From the NCBI RefSeq assembly GCF_037042905.1, contig NC_087252.1, positions 27,096,001 to 27,160,000 on the forward strand: a stretch of DNA of 64,000 nucleotides. The letters run 5' to 3'. The notes under the pieces are model-generated. The model saw only the letters and a program-made list of their open reading frames with translations, searched no databases and had not been told where the DNA came from. The translations under genes were made by a program, and so were the position numbers. This DNA is from Lytechinus pictus. Its lineage: Eukaryota. Shown piece after piece: positions 12,547-25,254 of the stretch (its first letter is position 1; every line of letters starts with the position of its first letter).

Positions 12547-13542
12547 CTACTGGAAAGAACACTGCATGTATCCCAGTGTGTTCACACTCCTCTGGGTGTG
12601 GAACATCACACTGGAAAATTTGAGCATTTGAAACAGTGGAATTCACATGTTCACATCTTCTGAGAACACACTTTGAAATCTTGGCAATGTGGACACTCTC
12701 ACTGTCCCCACAGTGTGAAGTTATGTTCAATCGGTTGAATCTCATCATCACACAGTCAACTATGTAATCACACTTGTGAACACACTGCGGACACACTGAG
12801 CACAATGCTGACACAATATGAGCACAATGTGGACACTGAGCACACTATGGGCCAACTACGAACCCACACTCCGAACACACTGAGTACACTGAACACACTG
12901 GATACACATTCTGAACACTGAACACACTGTAAATACTGTGAGTACACCATGAACACACAGGACTCACATTCTGGACTCTGAACACACTGTTAGCATGCTA
13001 TGGATACCTGGTGAGCACACTGTGAACACTCTGCGGACACACTAAGCACATTGCTGACACAATGTGAGCGCAGTGTGGACACTGAACACAATGTGAGCAC
13101 AGTGTAGACACCTTGTGAATGCACTTTGCGCCAACTGTGAACCCCCACTGTAAACACTGAGTATACCATGAACACACAGGACACACATTCTGAACACTGT
13201 GAATATTTATTCAGCACACTGTGATCACACTGTGGACACCTATTGAACACACTGTGAACACACTATGGGCCAACTGCGAGCCCACACTGTGAACGCACTG
13301 AAGACATTGTAAACACTGAGTACACTGTGAACACACTGGATACACATTCTAAACGCACTGTACACAGGACACACATTCTGGACACTGAACACACTAAGGA
13401 CACTGAACACACTAAGGATGCTATGGATACCTGGTGAGCACACTGAACACTTATTGAGCACACTGTGGACACCCATTGAGCACACTGAACACACTGTGGA
13501 CACCCATTGAGCACACTGTAAACACGCTGTTCTTTCCATGAG
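12547..13542. mobile_element. TIR element filled with a degenerate CACACTG/GAACACACT short-unit array
   Basis: TGGAAAGAACA near the left end and TGTTCTTTCCA near the right end; dozens of cacactg motifs inside. Boundaries approximate. Confidence 0.65.
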
Positions 13543-13898
13543 TAATGAAGGCTCAATAAGACCCAGGGCTATGCTCTCCCCATCGTTATCTGTGCCAGTT
13601 ATTGTGTTCATACAACGAACTGCCATATTTATTTTTAACTGAAATATAAATATAATGTTTAGACAGCCAAGTCCCCTCTCTCAAAGCAAAAGTTGAATAA
13701 GAATTTGCCATTATTTAACATTTGATATTAATTAGATCATGTATATGCTTAAACAGATTTTGATGCAAAATTTGATTGACATGAAGTTAGATTAGCAGGA
13801 ATTTTAAAGTGAATATTGTAATTAAATTTTTCGTTAAAATTGTGATCAGGAAGAGGGCTTTCTGTATTGGTGGTTTCCTTTTGTTAAAAATTGTTATG

Positions 13899-14087
13899 CA
13901 GGGTGTTACATAAGCACTTGCCCGGGGCAAGTAAAAGTTAGAGTCGGGCAAGTGTATTGAAGTAAAGACCAAAACTACTTGCCCGTATTGGGCAAGCAAA
14001 ATTATCACAGTAGAATGACCAAAATTAGGGTCGATATGATATGATATTGACCAGGCAAGTGCTTCTAAAAACTTATGTAGCACCCTG
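13899..14087. mobile_element. Short MITE (hAT-like CAG...CTG ends)
   Basis: CAGGGTGTTACATAAG / CTTATGTAGCACCCTG TIRs; flanks ttgttatg / ttgtttaa resemble a degenerate 8-bp TSD. Confidence 0.7.
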
Positions 14088-14249
14088 TTGTTTAATATGC
14101 ATTACATTATGTCAGTTCTGATGGATTCATCTGTCTATATATTAAAAATATTCCTTTGTCAGGTAATATTAATAAGTTAGGGTTTTAAACTAAAATCAAC
14201 TATATTCAACAACAAATCTCTGATAAAAAATGTGTTTTTAGATATACAG

Positions 14250-14563
14250 TGGCCCGTATTCTGAAGTCGGGTTTAACTTAAACTCTGGTTTAAAGTTGAG
14301 GTTTAAGTATGGATAGCCAATTGTTACATAAATCACTGACGGAAGAGATATCATATTTCAGCTCATTCGGCTCTCAAAATCATGCATATTAGTCTAGGAA
14401 GTATGAATAGATGATTGTCTTCACCATCGATGAATCAGGAAAGAGCACAGTAAACATAAGAAACATACAACTTAATAGAAATTTTGACACTTTTGGCTTT
14501 CCATAATTTTAGCACAGAGTTGGACCGTGGTCTAAGATAAACCCGACTTCAGAATATGGGCCA
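14250..14563. mobile_element. MITE family with TIR TGGCCCGTATTCTGAAGTCGGGTTT, copy 1
   Basis: Clear TIRs; same family at 49161-49491 in opposite orientation. Confidence 0.85.
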
Positions 14564-14742
14564 ATGGATCCGGGATGATGTATACTGTTTGCAAAAAATG
14601 TATTGAGGCGATGTAAAATTATGTATTGTGTGAATTAACAATGTCGTGTTCTTTGACTTGCTATCTGCACTTGTTTATTATTGTCAGTGCACAATCTCAG
14701 TTACACAGTAAGTGTTACTAAAGTATGATATAGTGTGACTTA

Positions 14743-15445
14743 GACCCCTGTTACACATACGTTTGCAAGTGGACTGAGGCCGGCCCCGGAGGCGGCTCGA
14801 CGTATGTGTAACATCAACTTTTTTTGAAAAGCCGGACTGAGGCCGGACTGAGGCCAGGTGGACTCAGTCCACCTCTGGATGTGGTTTGAGGCCGGCCCGA
14901 GTCCGGACTCAGTCCCGCAATCGGTAGGTGTAACACCAAAGTGGACTCGGCGCCGGCTTATAAGCGGAAGTGACGCGACCTGTCATCATCAACAATGCAT
15001 CGGCCGGGCGCGCTTTTGCCATTTGGACCAGGCATGCAGTATATATTATAGGTAAGCCTCGCGAATCGCCTTTTTTGAGCACGTCGAAATTCCCTCCTTC
15101 GATCAGAAATAATAGTTACGATATTCTTAACCTTCATAATGCAATTATATAAACAAAATATGGAGGTAAGATATGTGTACGGATCGGTCGCGATGTCGAT
15201 GAGATCCAATGCAATTAAAAAGACCTGCAAACCGCGCGAAAATATTAAGCGTTTGTTTACATGAAGTGCGCCCCAACGTCAGCTCGTGAAAAGGCGACGT
15301 GAGGCCGGCCTATGTGTAGACGCAAAATTGCGGGCCCGAGACTATGTGTAACAGGGGTTTGATGATTTTGAGGCGGCTTCAAATTGCAGGCGTGAGGCCG
15401 CCTCCGGGGCCGGCTTTGAAAGCCGACGCATGTGTAACAGGGGTC
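14743..15445. mobile_element. MITE, PIF/Harbinger-like, GC-rich
   Basis: TTA|GACCCCTGTTACACAT ... ATGTGTAACAGGGGTC|TTA; repeated internal GAGGCCGG and TGTGTAACA motifs. Confidence 0.85.
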
Positions 15446-16714
15446 TTACATGCATGAGAAACCTGTGATTTAAGTGTGACTTGAGTGTTGCTTTGATGTG
15501 AATTCATTCAATATACTGTACTCTGATAAGGAAGAAAAATGAATGAAACAGATTCTGTGAAAACACTGTTTCAATATTGCATGGAAATGAAACATAGTAA
15601 AGTTTTGTGATGTGAAAATACATTTGCCACAAATGGTATGGGTAAATATTCCAAAGCAAACTCCCTTATTTCAGAGATGAGATTCGCTTTGTAAAACTTT
15701 GGTATCCATTTCTTTATTTATTTATGTGGAATTCAATAAGAATTAAAAAAAAATGATGATATGCAAACATGGTTATTGTCAAACGGCATGTCACTTAATT
15801 GCTTTTATTTTAATACTAGTTGGTAGAATTTGTTTCATTAATATGATTGGTTGGAAGTGTCTTTATCATTAGATTTTAGCAATTATCATCTATATAGAGT
15901 GTTCTAGCAATGCTTAAAAAACGCATATTTTGGTCTGTATCAATTGCCCGTGCAGTATCAGAGCGTATCCCTGAAAGGAACCGGAATCCTGTACAAATTT
16001 TTTTAACTTCAACAGTTTAGGGCGCGTGCGCGATGCCTGAATTATACAATGCGTACAACAACCAATGAAAGCAATGCGATGCTCAGCAAGAGCACAACTA
16101 CGCTCGATGACGTCATAATGAACTACACGCAAGTCCATGTTTTTTTTTTTGGGGGGGGGGGGTGGGTGGGATAGAGGATAATGATTATAATGGATGGCTT
16201 TATTTCATGAAATACCAGAAATATTCCACTCGTTAAGGCCAATATTCCACTCACCTGCGATTCGTGGAATATTTTCCCGAACTCTTGGAATATTTCGTTC
16301 TGAGGGTCTGAGCCATCCAATATAATATAATTATTTATCTCGAGTGGAGTTTTGAAAGAAACATGGCTTTTGTCCAATGTGGTCAATGATTTCCCTTTTT
16401 TTTGGAGTGTTCTTATTAGATGTATAATGAAGGAGTTTTTACAAGTCTTAAGTGATAGACCGGTATGATATAAATCTACATGTATATCTTTGTACAATGT
16501 GTTCACTTTCCATTTTGTTTTTACTTGGCACAAATGGTACACAACTGAAATGTATTGTCCGAAAAATTATATTTGGAAATAAATATATATACATATGAAA
16601 CAAAAAAAGGAGCCATTGCCTTGGTTTATTTATCATGTCTCCATAGAAAAAAAAAACCACCCCCTGAGAGAGAGAGAGGGAGAGGGGGTGGAGGAAAGAG
16701 AATGAACATAATAT

Positions 16715-17429
16715 AGTACCGATTCGATGACGTCAGTTGCCATGATGTCGTGGCGCCTGGTTCTAAACAAATGATCCCGCCGAATGAAAGCGTGTTCCTC
16801 AGAGGAGAAAATGGCTGCTATCGGAATTTGATCGCTTGCAACCTACTTTTCAGACGAGCCAAAGGTCGCACGGGCCTAATTACAACTGGCAGGCAAAAGA
16901 TATTCATTTGAGCCAACCCATTGCTCAATTTTTAAATTTGATATTGCTGATTGACAAAAATGAATGAATATGACTGACAATCTAACACTGATTCTAGGGA
17001 GGGTACCTACTGAACTTTCTTTCTCCAAATTGGAAAGATATTTCACCACTATGGACCTATATTTTTACTGGCGGAAGAATTAGGGTCATTTTACTCTCAA
17101 GTGATGAATTTGGTCCCGTTATCAGGTGTAGTCTTCGTAAATGCTGATTTATTTTTAAAATGAGCCGGTCGAGGTACCCTTTTCTGGTCAGATATGGAAT
17201 GTCAGACATTTATCCTATCCACTGGTAGTAAACATTCAACCCTCGAATTTCCTCCTTATTTTTAATGAATTCTTTTTAAGTGCCACTTTAACACACGAGT
17301 CTATGGGAAATGAATTAGGCCTGTGAGCCCCAAAGTCATTTGCAAAGTGCACGGACGATCGTTTGCTGCGACTTTGTTTAGAACCAGCCCGCCATGACAC
17401 CATGGCAACTGACGTCACACTTCGGTACT
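16715..17429. mobile_element. Non-autonomous TIR element with ~55-bp imperfect TIRs
   Basis: AGTACCGA..TGACGTCAGTTGCCATG..CTGGTTCTAAACAAA is mirrored by TTTGTTTAGAACCAG..CATGGCAACTGACGTCA..TCGGTACT. Confidence 0.75.
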
Positions 17430-17550
17430 TTAATAAGAGACGCAGAGAGAAATAAAACAAAGACGATTAAGTTGGAGGATGGGTTTGTATGGAGAATCGG
17501 AGGGGTCTTGCAACTTGGTGAGGAGAATATTTAGTTTGTTTGTTTTTTAA

Positions 17551-18126
17551 AGGGGTACTCAGGGCTGAAAATATTTATATCTGAATAAAAAGAGTAAAAT
17601 TCACAGAGCAAAATGCTGAAAAATTCATCAAAATTGGATAACATATAACGAAGTTAATGAATTTTAAAGTTTAGCAATATTTTGTGAAAATAGTTATATG
17701 CACATCATCATTAATATTCATTAGCGGCTGATGATGTCACATCCCCACTTTCTTTTTTCTTATGTTATTGTGTGAATAATGTGTCCCCTTTATAATGAAA
17801 TAAGTTGCAGCAATGAATATCTAATGCACACAATCAGTTGTCAATTCAATTTTTTCAGTTCTTGGAAGAAAAAAAATTGAATGAACCTAATTTCATATAA
17901 TAAAATACAAAAGAACAAGTTAGCGGGGATATGACATCACCAAGTTGCTCGTTGAATATTTATGAAGACATGCATGCCTTGAACTGTTTCACCGGAACAA
18001 TGCAAATCTTTAAAATGCAATAACTTTGTTATTCCTAGTCCGATTTTGATCAAATTTTCAGAGTTTTGTTTGTCTGATTTTTCTTTATCTGTTTAAATCA
18101 TATTGTTCTCAGCCCGGAGCATCCCT
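17551..18126. mobile_element. Non-autonomous DNA transposon, TTAA-flanked (Kolobok-like)
   Basis: TTAA|AGGGGTACTCAGGGCTGA ... TCAGCCCGGAGCATCCCT|TTAA. Confidence 0.75.
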
Positions 18127-19529
18127 TTAATTTCAAGGCAGCTATTAACTCTGTGAAAATACAGTAAAAAAATCAAATTGGAGATTAGATATGCATGTAA
18201 ATAACTTCACTAAAATAAACTCTGAAACTAAGACACGATTTTTGTATGAAATATTTTTAGATAGATGGCCTTACACGACTTTAATTTCGTGAATATAACT
18301 TTACATCATACAAATTTCAATACAGGGCCGTTTATTTTGCAATGAATGAAAGAATGGGATAAAGACAACATAAACCTTTTTTCTTCATTGTTTAATGTAT
18401 TGTTTATTCAAATTCTATTCACTTTCTTGAAGAAAACATTTACATGTAAAAACAAAACGTGACAACATAACTGGGTGACCTCGATGAAAGCAATACTTAC
18501 GATCTTATCATATGAAAAAAATAAATAGGCTACAAATATAACCCATCATTTAATATCTTTTATTCCAAAATATATTTACGAAGTTTTGGAATCGCAACGG
18601 GGATGTATTCTACAACATAGTATATCTATTGAAAATCATTATGTCCAGGCCGGCAGGCCCCCGTAAGTGGCGGCCAGGGCGGCGGAAGGCAAACAATTTA
18701 GGGGGGACCACCATAATTTTTTGACAAGCAAAAAAAAAAAAAAAAAAGGTTATCAACCAAAATTTTAGGGGGGGACCATAAAAAAAAAAAATTGACAAGC
18801 AAAAAAAAAAAAAAAGGTTATTAACTAAAAATTTAGGGGGGGGGGGTTGTCCCCCCCCCACCTCAAATTTAGGGGGGACAGGTCCCCCCGCTTACGCCGC
18901 GTATGTTTCAATGAAAATGCCTGTCAAATTACAATAAACGGCTTGGAGATCTCTGTCGAAAATTCGTGAACCAGGACACAGCAGATCGTCCCAAGAATCA
19001 GAGCTGCCAAAAAAAATGCAAATGTTGTTTTGGTTTTAATGTTTTTTAGCCTTTATTCAGAGAATATCACAGTTTTCATACAAACAAGGGTAATACATAG
19101 AATATACAAAATAAAATGAAGTACATATATACAGCAATATAAAAAAGAAATATACATTGTAATATACATTTTTTGAACAAAGATTACCATAACCCATAAT
19201 ACAAACCAAAAACAGTTATTTTCCCTTGCATTTACTGTATAATAATGCGGTATTGTATGATGAAAAAAGCCAAACATAAAGACTTTCTAAGTTCTCAGCA
19301 GATAATAAAATTGATATATAAAATATATATATTTATATATCCATAAATTATTTTGTAACACAATACAAAAAAATTAAGTCTACGTTTATACTTAGAAAGT
19401 GTACAACAATCTGAATAAAGATTTCATGTATAAAACACACAAAAACAAAACAACAACAAAATGTGAAGGGAAAGCAGCCAAACTGAAACCCATCTACTTT
19501 ATGTTTTACCCATGCCGTTTGTCCAGAGT

Positions 19530-20157
19530 CCAGGTGGGTGTTTCATAAAGCTGTTCGTAAAGTTAGTTACGCACAACTTTACGCACGACTGGAACATGTT
19601 CTTAGGTCATAACCCAATTGCATAGGGATATCACATACCACAAGAAAGGATCACCAGTCGTGCGTAAAGTCATTCGTATCTTACGAACAGCTTTATGAAA
19701 CACCCACCAGGTGGGTGTTTCATAAAGCCAGAAGCGGATCTAGAGGGGGGTTGCAACCCCCCAAAAAAAAAATCCGGGGACCATTTTTTAAAATCTTATC
19801 TTTTTTTTTAAACTTGTAATTTTAGAAAACGCCATTTTCACACACAGATTTTCAAAAAATTTCCCTACTGTGGGAGGGGGGACACCCCCCTCCCACACCC
19901 TCCCCCCTCGCTCGCTCCGCTCGCTTGGACTCGGTCGCTACGCTCCCTCGCATACCACCCCAACCCCCCCCTTTATAAAAAGCTGGATCCGCCCCTGTAA
20001 AGCTGTTCGTAAGTTAAGAGCGACTTTAAGAACGACTGGTAATCCTTTCTTGTGGTAAATGGAATATTCATTGGCGATGTTAAGCGCGTACGAAAGGTTC
20101 ACCAGTCGTTCTTAAAGTCGCTCTTAACTTACGAACAGCTTTATGAAACGGCCCACA
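19530..20157. mobile_element. Two adjacent palindromic MITEs (TGGGTGTTTCATAAAGCTGTTCGTAA family); the second is interrupted by an insertion at 19729-19997
   Basis: Two pairs of TIRs; the insertion is flanked by a TAAAGC duplication. Confidence 0.85.
19729..19997. mobile_element. CAG...CTG poly-G/poly-C MITE; second copy at 23542-23821
   Basis: CAGAAGCGGATC...GATCCGCCCCTG ends; near-identical copy in laccase intron 11. Confidence 0.85.
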
Positions 20158-20275
20158 GGGCGACACTGCTGTTTTGATTCCCCGATTTTCAACAAACGCT
20201 GCTCTGTCATGAAAGGCTTTTGACAATAGATTCTCAGCGTTCTAGACAGCATCTGTGTAGTGGTTGTGAAAACTC

Positions 20276-20686
20276 CCCAGAAGGAAGAACCAGTTCAACT
20301 GGACCAGTTCGAACAGTAGAATTTTAACTGGTAACTCTGGAAATTGGAACACCGGTTTACTGGTCTAACTGGTCGTACTGGTCCAGTTAAAATTATACTG
20401 GACTAGTTGAAAATTAAATTGGTCTTGAATTACTGGTCTCCAGTTAATTTTTAACTCCAGTTGATTTTTAACTGGAATTTTGAAACTGGTCCAGCATACA
20501 CCAGTTTGATGAAAAACAATTTAACTGGTATTACTACTTTGCCTGAACTGCATGGAACTGGTTTCCAGTTAATTTTCATGGTCCAGTTAAAAATCACCTG
20601 GCCCAGTAAAATCATACTGGAAACCAGTAAAAATATACTGGAAACCAGTAAAAAAAATACTGGTCTGACTGGTTTTTCCTTCTGGG
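20276..20686. mobile_element. EnSpm/CACTA-like non-autonomous element with AACTGG subterminal repeats
   Basis: TC|CCCAGAAGGAAGAACCAGT ... ACTGGTTTTTCCTTCTGGG|TC; 2-bp TSD. Confidence 0.8.
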
Positions 20687-21244
20687 TCCCTCGGGTATCA
20701 ATAAACGGGACGGGAACGGCGATAGTCTGAAAGAGGGCATTAACCGATCGATAGTCGGGACCCCTCCTTCGTATAGTCTTCGTCCTTCTGTCTTATTTTT
20801 ACACCTCAAATGTTTCAATACTAAAAAAAAATCATAGGTGGTCCTTTCCCTGCCTGGCCTCGGTGCCACCAACGTTCCAAGGCTACATAAATACATCGAC
20901 TTTAAATATTTGGTAATGCCCTACAATCCATTTAAGACCTATCTACATTATATATATCTATATATTTATCTATCTATCTATCTATCTAATTATCTATATA
21001 TCTGTCTATGTATATTTTCCACTGTTTATTGCGCCATATTTCTGTTTAAACATCCATACACACATATATATTGTTCTTGTATAGAGTAAAAATAGTTATG
21101 ACGGTAATGAAATTACGCTTGATTACAATGACGACGACGTCAGCAATGATTGGAACCTCATACACCGTACCTTAGTTCTCATTCAGTAATACTCATTTCC
21201 CTAATACTTCAAATGTAAAAATAAGCAATTATACGGTCAGTTCA

Positions 21245-21535
21245 TCATCGTTCATTTATTGGTATCGCCTGAGGGCGTCCTTTACCATCGTTCCTTGAAC
21301 GCTCACGGACCACGATGACGACGATGAGAACTATGATGAGGAGTACAAGACTAGCGATTACGGCAACGAGGATGACTTCGGTAACGGTCATGGTCATACT
21401 GACTTGACTAGGTACAGGGTCTGACTCGATGGAAGGATACTGTGTTGGAGGGTAGTCACCACACATCGGGAATCCTTCTGGAACAGGAGGAAGGTCGGAT
21501 TGGTTCCCGACGCGAATTAAGATCCCCATTCCATC
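21245..21535 (-). CDS. Multicopper oxidase (laccase/MCO1-like) exon 13, terminal: axial Met, transmembrane helix, short cytoplasmic tail
   Basis: ttttttttactgccag|DGMGILIRVG...VILVAVIASLVLLIIVLIVVIVVRERSR...INER*. Confidence 0.93.
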   Translation of the reverse strand, partial: DGMGILIRVGNQSDLPPVPEGFPMCGDYPPTQYPSIESDPVPSQVSMTMTVTEVILVAVIASLVLLIIVLIVVIVVRERSRNDGKGRPQAIPINER

Positions 21536-21704
21536 CTGGCAGTAAAAAAAAAGGAATTCGCTTTGTAAAGATTTGTAAAAAAAAAATATGAGCTGAGAAG
21601 CCCGACATGCACCTAGTGCATGCAATAATGTTTCGATATGATCAACGCTGAAGTTGTTTCATTATCATCCCATGCTTCTCAATAATTAAAGTGACCTAAA
21701 TGTT

Positions 21705-22551
21705 AACAAGTGGAATGCCTCTGGCAGTCTGGCCTGCAGTACGCGATACAAGATAGAAGCAGTGCTAACTTTGAAAACAGCTATTGAATGATTATTCACA
21801 CAAAAAACCCCACTCATATGATAAAGAAACACTGTCCATTGACCCAACATTTCCTAATAGATGTCTATGACCATAATCATGTGACCTATGACGTGCGCAA
21901 AACATACTTGATAACCCTTATGTCTATGTTTCATGAACTACATCTGTAGATCCATAAAGTTTTGATGCCAATTCAACAAATACCCCAAACACGGCCAAAG
22001 TTCATTTACCTTTGATCTTGGTCATGTGACCTGAAAATGGCATAGGATGTTCAGGGATACTTAATTGCTCTTACGTCTAAGTTTTATGAACTAGATCCAT
22101 AAACTTTCAAAGTTACGGTGGTAAAAATTCAACAAAAACTCCATTATGGCCAAAGTTCATTGACCCTAAATGACATTTGACCTTTGTCATGTGACCTGAA
22201 ATTTGCACAGGATGTTTAGTGAAAAATTACTGTAATATGTCCAAGTTTTATGAACTAGCTCCGTAAAATTAAAAGTTATGATAGCAATGAAACTAGTACC
22301 CCCAACATTCCCACATTTCATTGACCCTAAATGACCTTTGACCTTGGTCATGTGACCTGAAACTCGGGCAGGATGTTCAGTAATACTCGATTACCCTTAT
22401 ATCCAAGTTTCATGAACCATATACTTTCTGAGGTATGATGCCATTTCAAAAACTTAACCTTAGGTTAAGATTTGATGTTGACGCCGTCACCGCCGCCGTC
22501 GGAAAAGCGGCGCCTATATAGTCTCGCTCTGCTATGCAGGCGAGACTAAAA
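21705..22551 (-). mobile_element. Helentron-associated (HINE/DINE-like) non-autonomous element with internal ~150-bp tandem units
   Basis: Minus strand: TTTT, subTIR AGTCTCGCCTGCA with adjacent hairpin, (GGC)n tract, internal repeats, then 3' subTIR TGCAGGCCAGACT and CTTGTT end. Confidence 0.7.
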
Positions 22552-22697
22552 TGGGAACATCTTTCTTCTCATCAGGCGGTCGACGTTGTAATGACACCAT
22601 GTTATGCATGGCCAGCTGGGAAAGCAGTTCATAAGAGCTAATGCGGCCTCCCTGTGTAAAAAAGAATAGGGCCTATTATTATTGGAAACACTGCAGT

Positions 22698-23026
22698 GCA
22701 TGGCGTACCTGGGATTTTTCACAGGGGGGGGGGGGGGGCAAAACCGTCCGCCAAAAAATTTGACAAGCAAAAAAAAAAAAAAAAAAGGTCTTTAATCACA
22801 AATGAAGGATTTCGTACCAGAAAAAAATTTGACAAGCAAATAAAAAAAAAAAAAAAAAAAAAAAAGGGTCTTCAAGCTCGTCAGGGGGGGGGGGGGGGGC
22901 AATAAAGGTCTTCAAGCTCGTCAGGGGGGGGGGGGGCAGGGATACGTCCTTTGCATGGGTTGTGGCTCGTCAGGGGGGGGGCAGACTGCCCCCTCTGCCC
23001 CCCCCCCCCCCGTAGGTACGCTAGTG
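22698..23026. mobile_element. Poly-G/poly-A MITE (GGCGTACCT...AGGTACGCTAGTG); related copy at ~23966-24271
   Basis: Shared ends and internal blocks between the two copies. Confidence 0.75.
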
Positions 23027-23300
23027 AAACACTGGTAAAATAGCCTTTAAAACGGCCATATTGAACCTTTTCGACATGCACTCGTCAGAGTAAATTTGAA
23101 TGAATGACTAGAACGATGGAGCGAAACAATACTAGTATATGATAGAACCGAGGGAGACAATGATAACTAAACGGCGAGCTGTGATTGGCTGTCAAGGTAA
23201 ACAATATTAATACATTGTAATTAATACTGTTGTTATCATTATTTATTATTAATATTATTATTATCATCATATCATCATCATCGTTAAAATCCCTATATAC

Positions 23301-23443
23301 CTCGAAATGATACTCCATATGGCAATGAAGGATCCACCAGCCAGGATTGTCGGCAACGAAGTCGATGACGGTGTATCCACCGCTTGGTATGACCACGGTG
23401 TCCTTTCCAGGGGCGTGGTCGTAGTTTCGAACAATTCCACCAT
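23301..23443 (-). CDS. Multicopper oxidase exon 12 (copper motif IV HCHMEYH)
   Basis: cattatag|...[35 protein letters not shown]|gtatat; phase 1->0. Confidence 0.97.
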
Positions 23444-24095
23444 CTATAATGAAAGGAAAGGAAAGGGCGATCATTCGTCAAATGTAATGACAAGAAATGT
23501 ATCGATTGGGATGACGACGATTGATTTTTCCTTATTATTATCAGAAGCGGATCTAGAGGGGGGGTTGGAGGGGTTGCAACCCCCCAAAAAAAAAAATCCG
23601 GGGACCATTTTTTAAAATCTTATCTTTTTTTTTAAACTTGTAATTTTATTTTATTCTATTTCTATGTATTTATTTTTCAAAAATTTTCCCTACTGTGGGA
23701 GAGGGGACACCCCCCTCCCACACCCTCCCCCCTCGCTCGCTCCGCTCGCTTAGACTCGGTCGCTACGCTCCCTCGCATACCATCTCAACCCCCCCTTTAT
23801 AAAAAGCTGGATCCGCCCCTGATTATTATTGTTATTATTTATTTATTTTCACTATTATTGTTATTATAATTATTATCATTGGTAGTAGTAGTAGTGGTAG
23901 TAGTAGTAGTTAGTAATAGTAGTAGTAGTAGTAGTTACTGTAGTAGTAGTAGTAGAAGTAGTAGCAGCGGCGTACCTAGGATTTTCCAGAGGGGGGGCAA
24001 ATTCTTTTGAGGATATTTCGTCCGCGAAAAAAATTGACCAAAAAGAAAGGTCTTCAACCACAAATAAAGGATTTCGTACCGAAAAAAAATTGGCA

Positions 24096-24130
<35 letters not shown>

Positions 24131-25254
24131 TCTGTTTTCATTGCATTTCTACATTACAAATTATCAGTTGTGACTCGTCAGGGGGGCAGGGGTACGTCCC
24201 CTGCATGGGTTGTGACTCGTCAGGGGGGGGGGGCAGTCTGCCCCTCCTGCCTCCCCTTAGGTACGCTAGTGAGTAGTAGTAGTAGTACGTAGTAATTGTT
24301 GTATAATAATTTTCGATCTCTATATACATACCGTATGATCCCTTGATTTATACTGTATGTTTTTAATGCTGCGCCGGCGCATAGGCCTATAACTTCTTCT
24401 TACAGCCCGTGGCGGGAAAATCTAACAGGACAGTAAATGCGTGTACTTATATCGCCACCGTACTATTTAATAATATGCTGTAACGCGCTTTGAGCCATTC
24501 TGGGAAAAGCGCTATGTAAAAATTGACTATTATTGTTATTAATATTATTATTTGGTGTTCCATGGTGTATTTTAAAAGCTATTAAAGTTACTGCACTGCT
24601 GTTAAAACACCGATCGGTGGATGATGCTAAAAGGTCAGTGTTGTTTCAACACCAAACTTTTTGCATCTAATCGTGTCTATAATGAATGCAATCTAGCTTT
24701 AGCCAAAGACGGATCCAGGGGGCAGGGGGGGGGGGGGAGTTCACAGCCGGCCCGTGCCCCCCCCCCCCCCTTTGAGAGGCACAATCAAAATCTGTAATGT
24801 ACAAATGCATTTAAAACACAAGACAGTGTGCCCCCCATCTTGAGAGTGAAGACTTTTTTTATTGCTTGTCAAATTTTTCTTCTGGGAAATATGCCCCCCC
24901 CCCCCCTTTTTATTTGTCATATCTTATATCTTTTAGTACCAAATATCCCGATAACCTGCCGGCTGAATGTCAAGCATATAATGATATTATTTCGATTAGA
25001 TTGTGGCATTAGTTTCACTCATCATCCATGGCAATTTTCAATATTATTTGTTCATGCTACATTTAGTTAGGCCCTACATATTAATTCCTCCTGTTTTACT
25101 CTGTTTTCCTTCTTTTTCTACTAATTTCTCCTCTAAAATCCTTCACAACTCCCTGTCTCTCTTTGTAATTAAGCGCATCAATAATTCAATATACACGTAG
25201 TTACGCGATGCCAGCAATTGGGTATACGCCCAGGTTATACGAGATCTTGGTATA

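Noticed and set aside
12536..13626. Cys/Val/Ser-rich ORFs resembling zinc-finger or metallothionein proteins
   Set aside because: They are translations of the CACACTG array, open in several frames at once.
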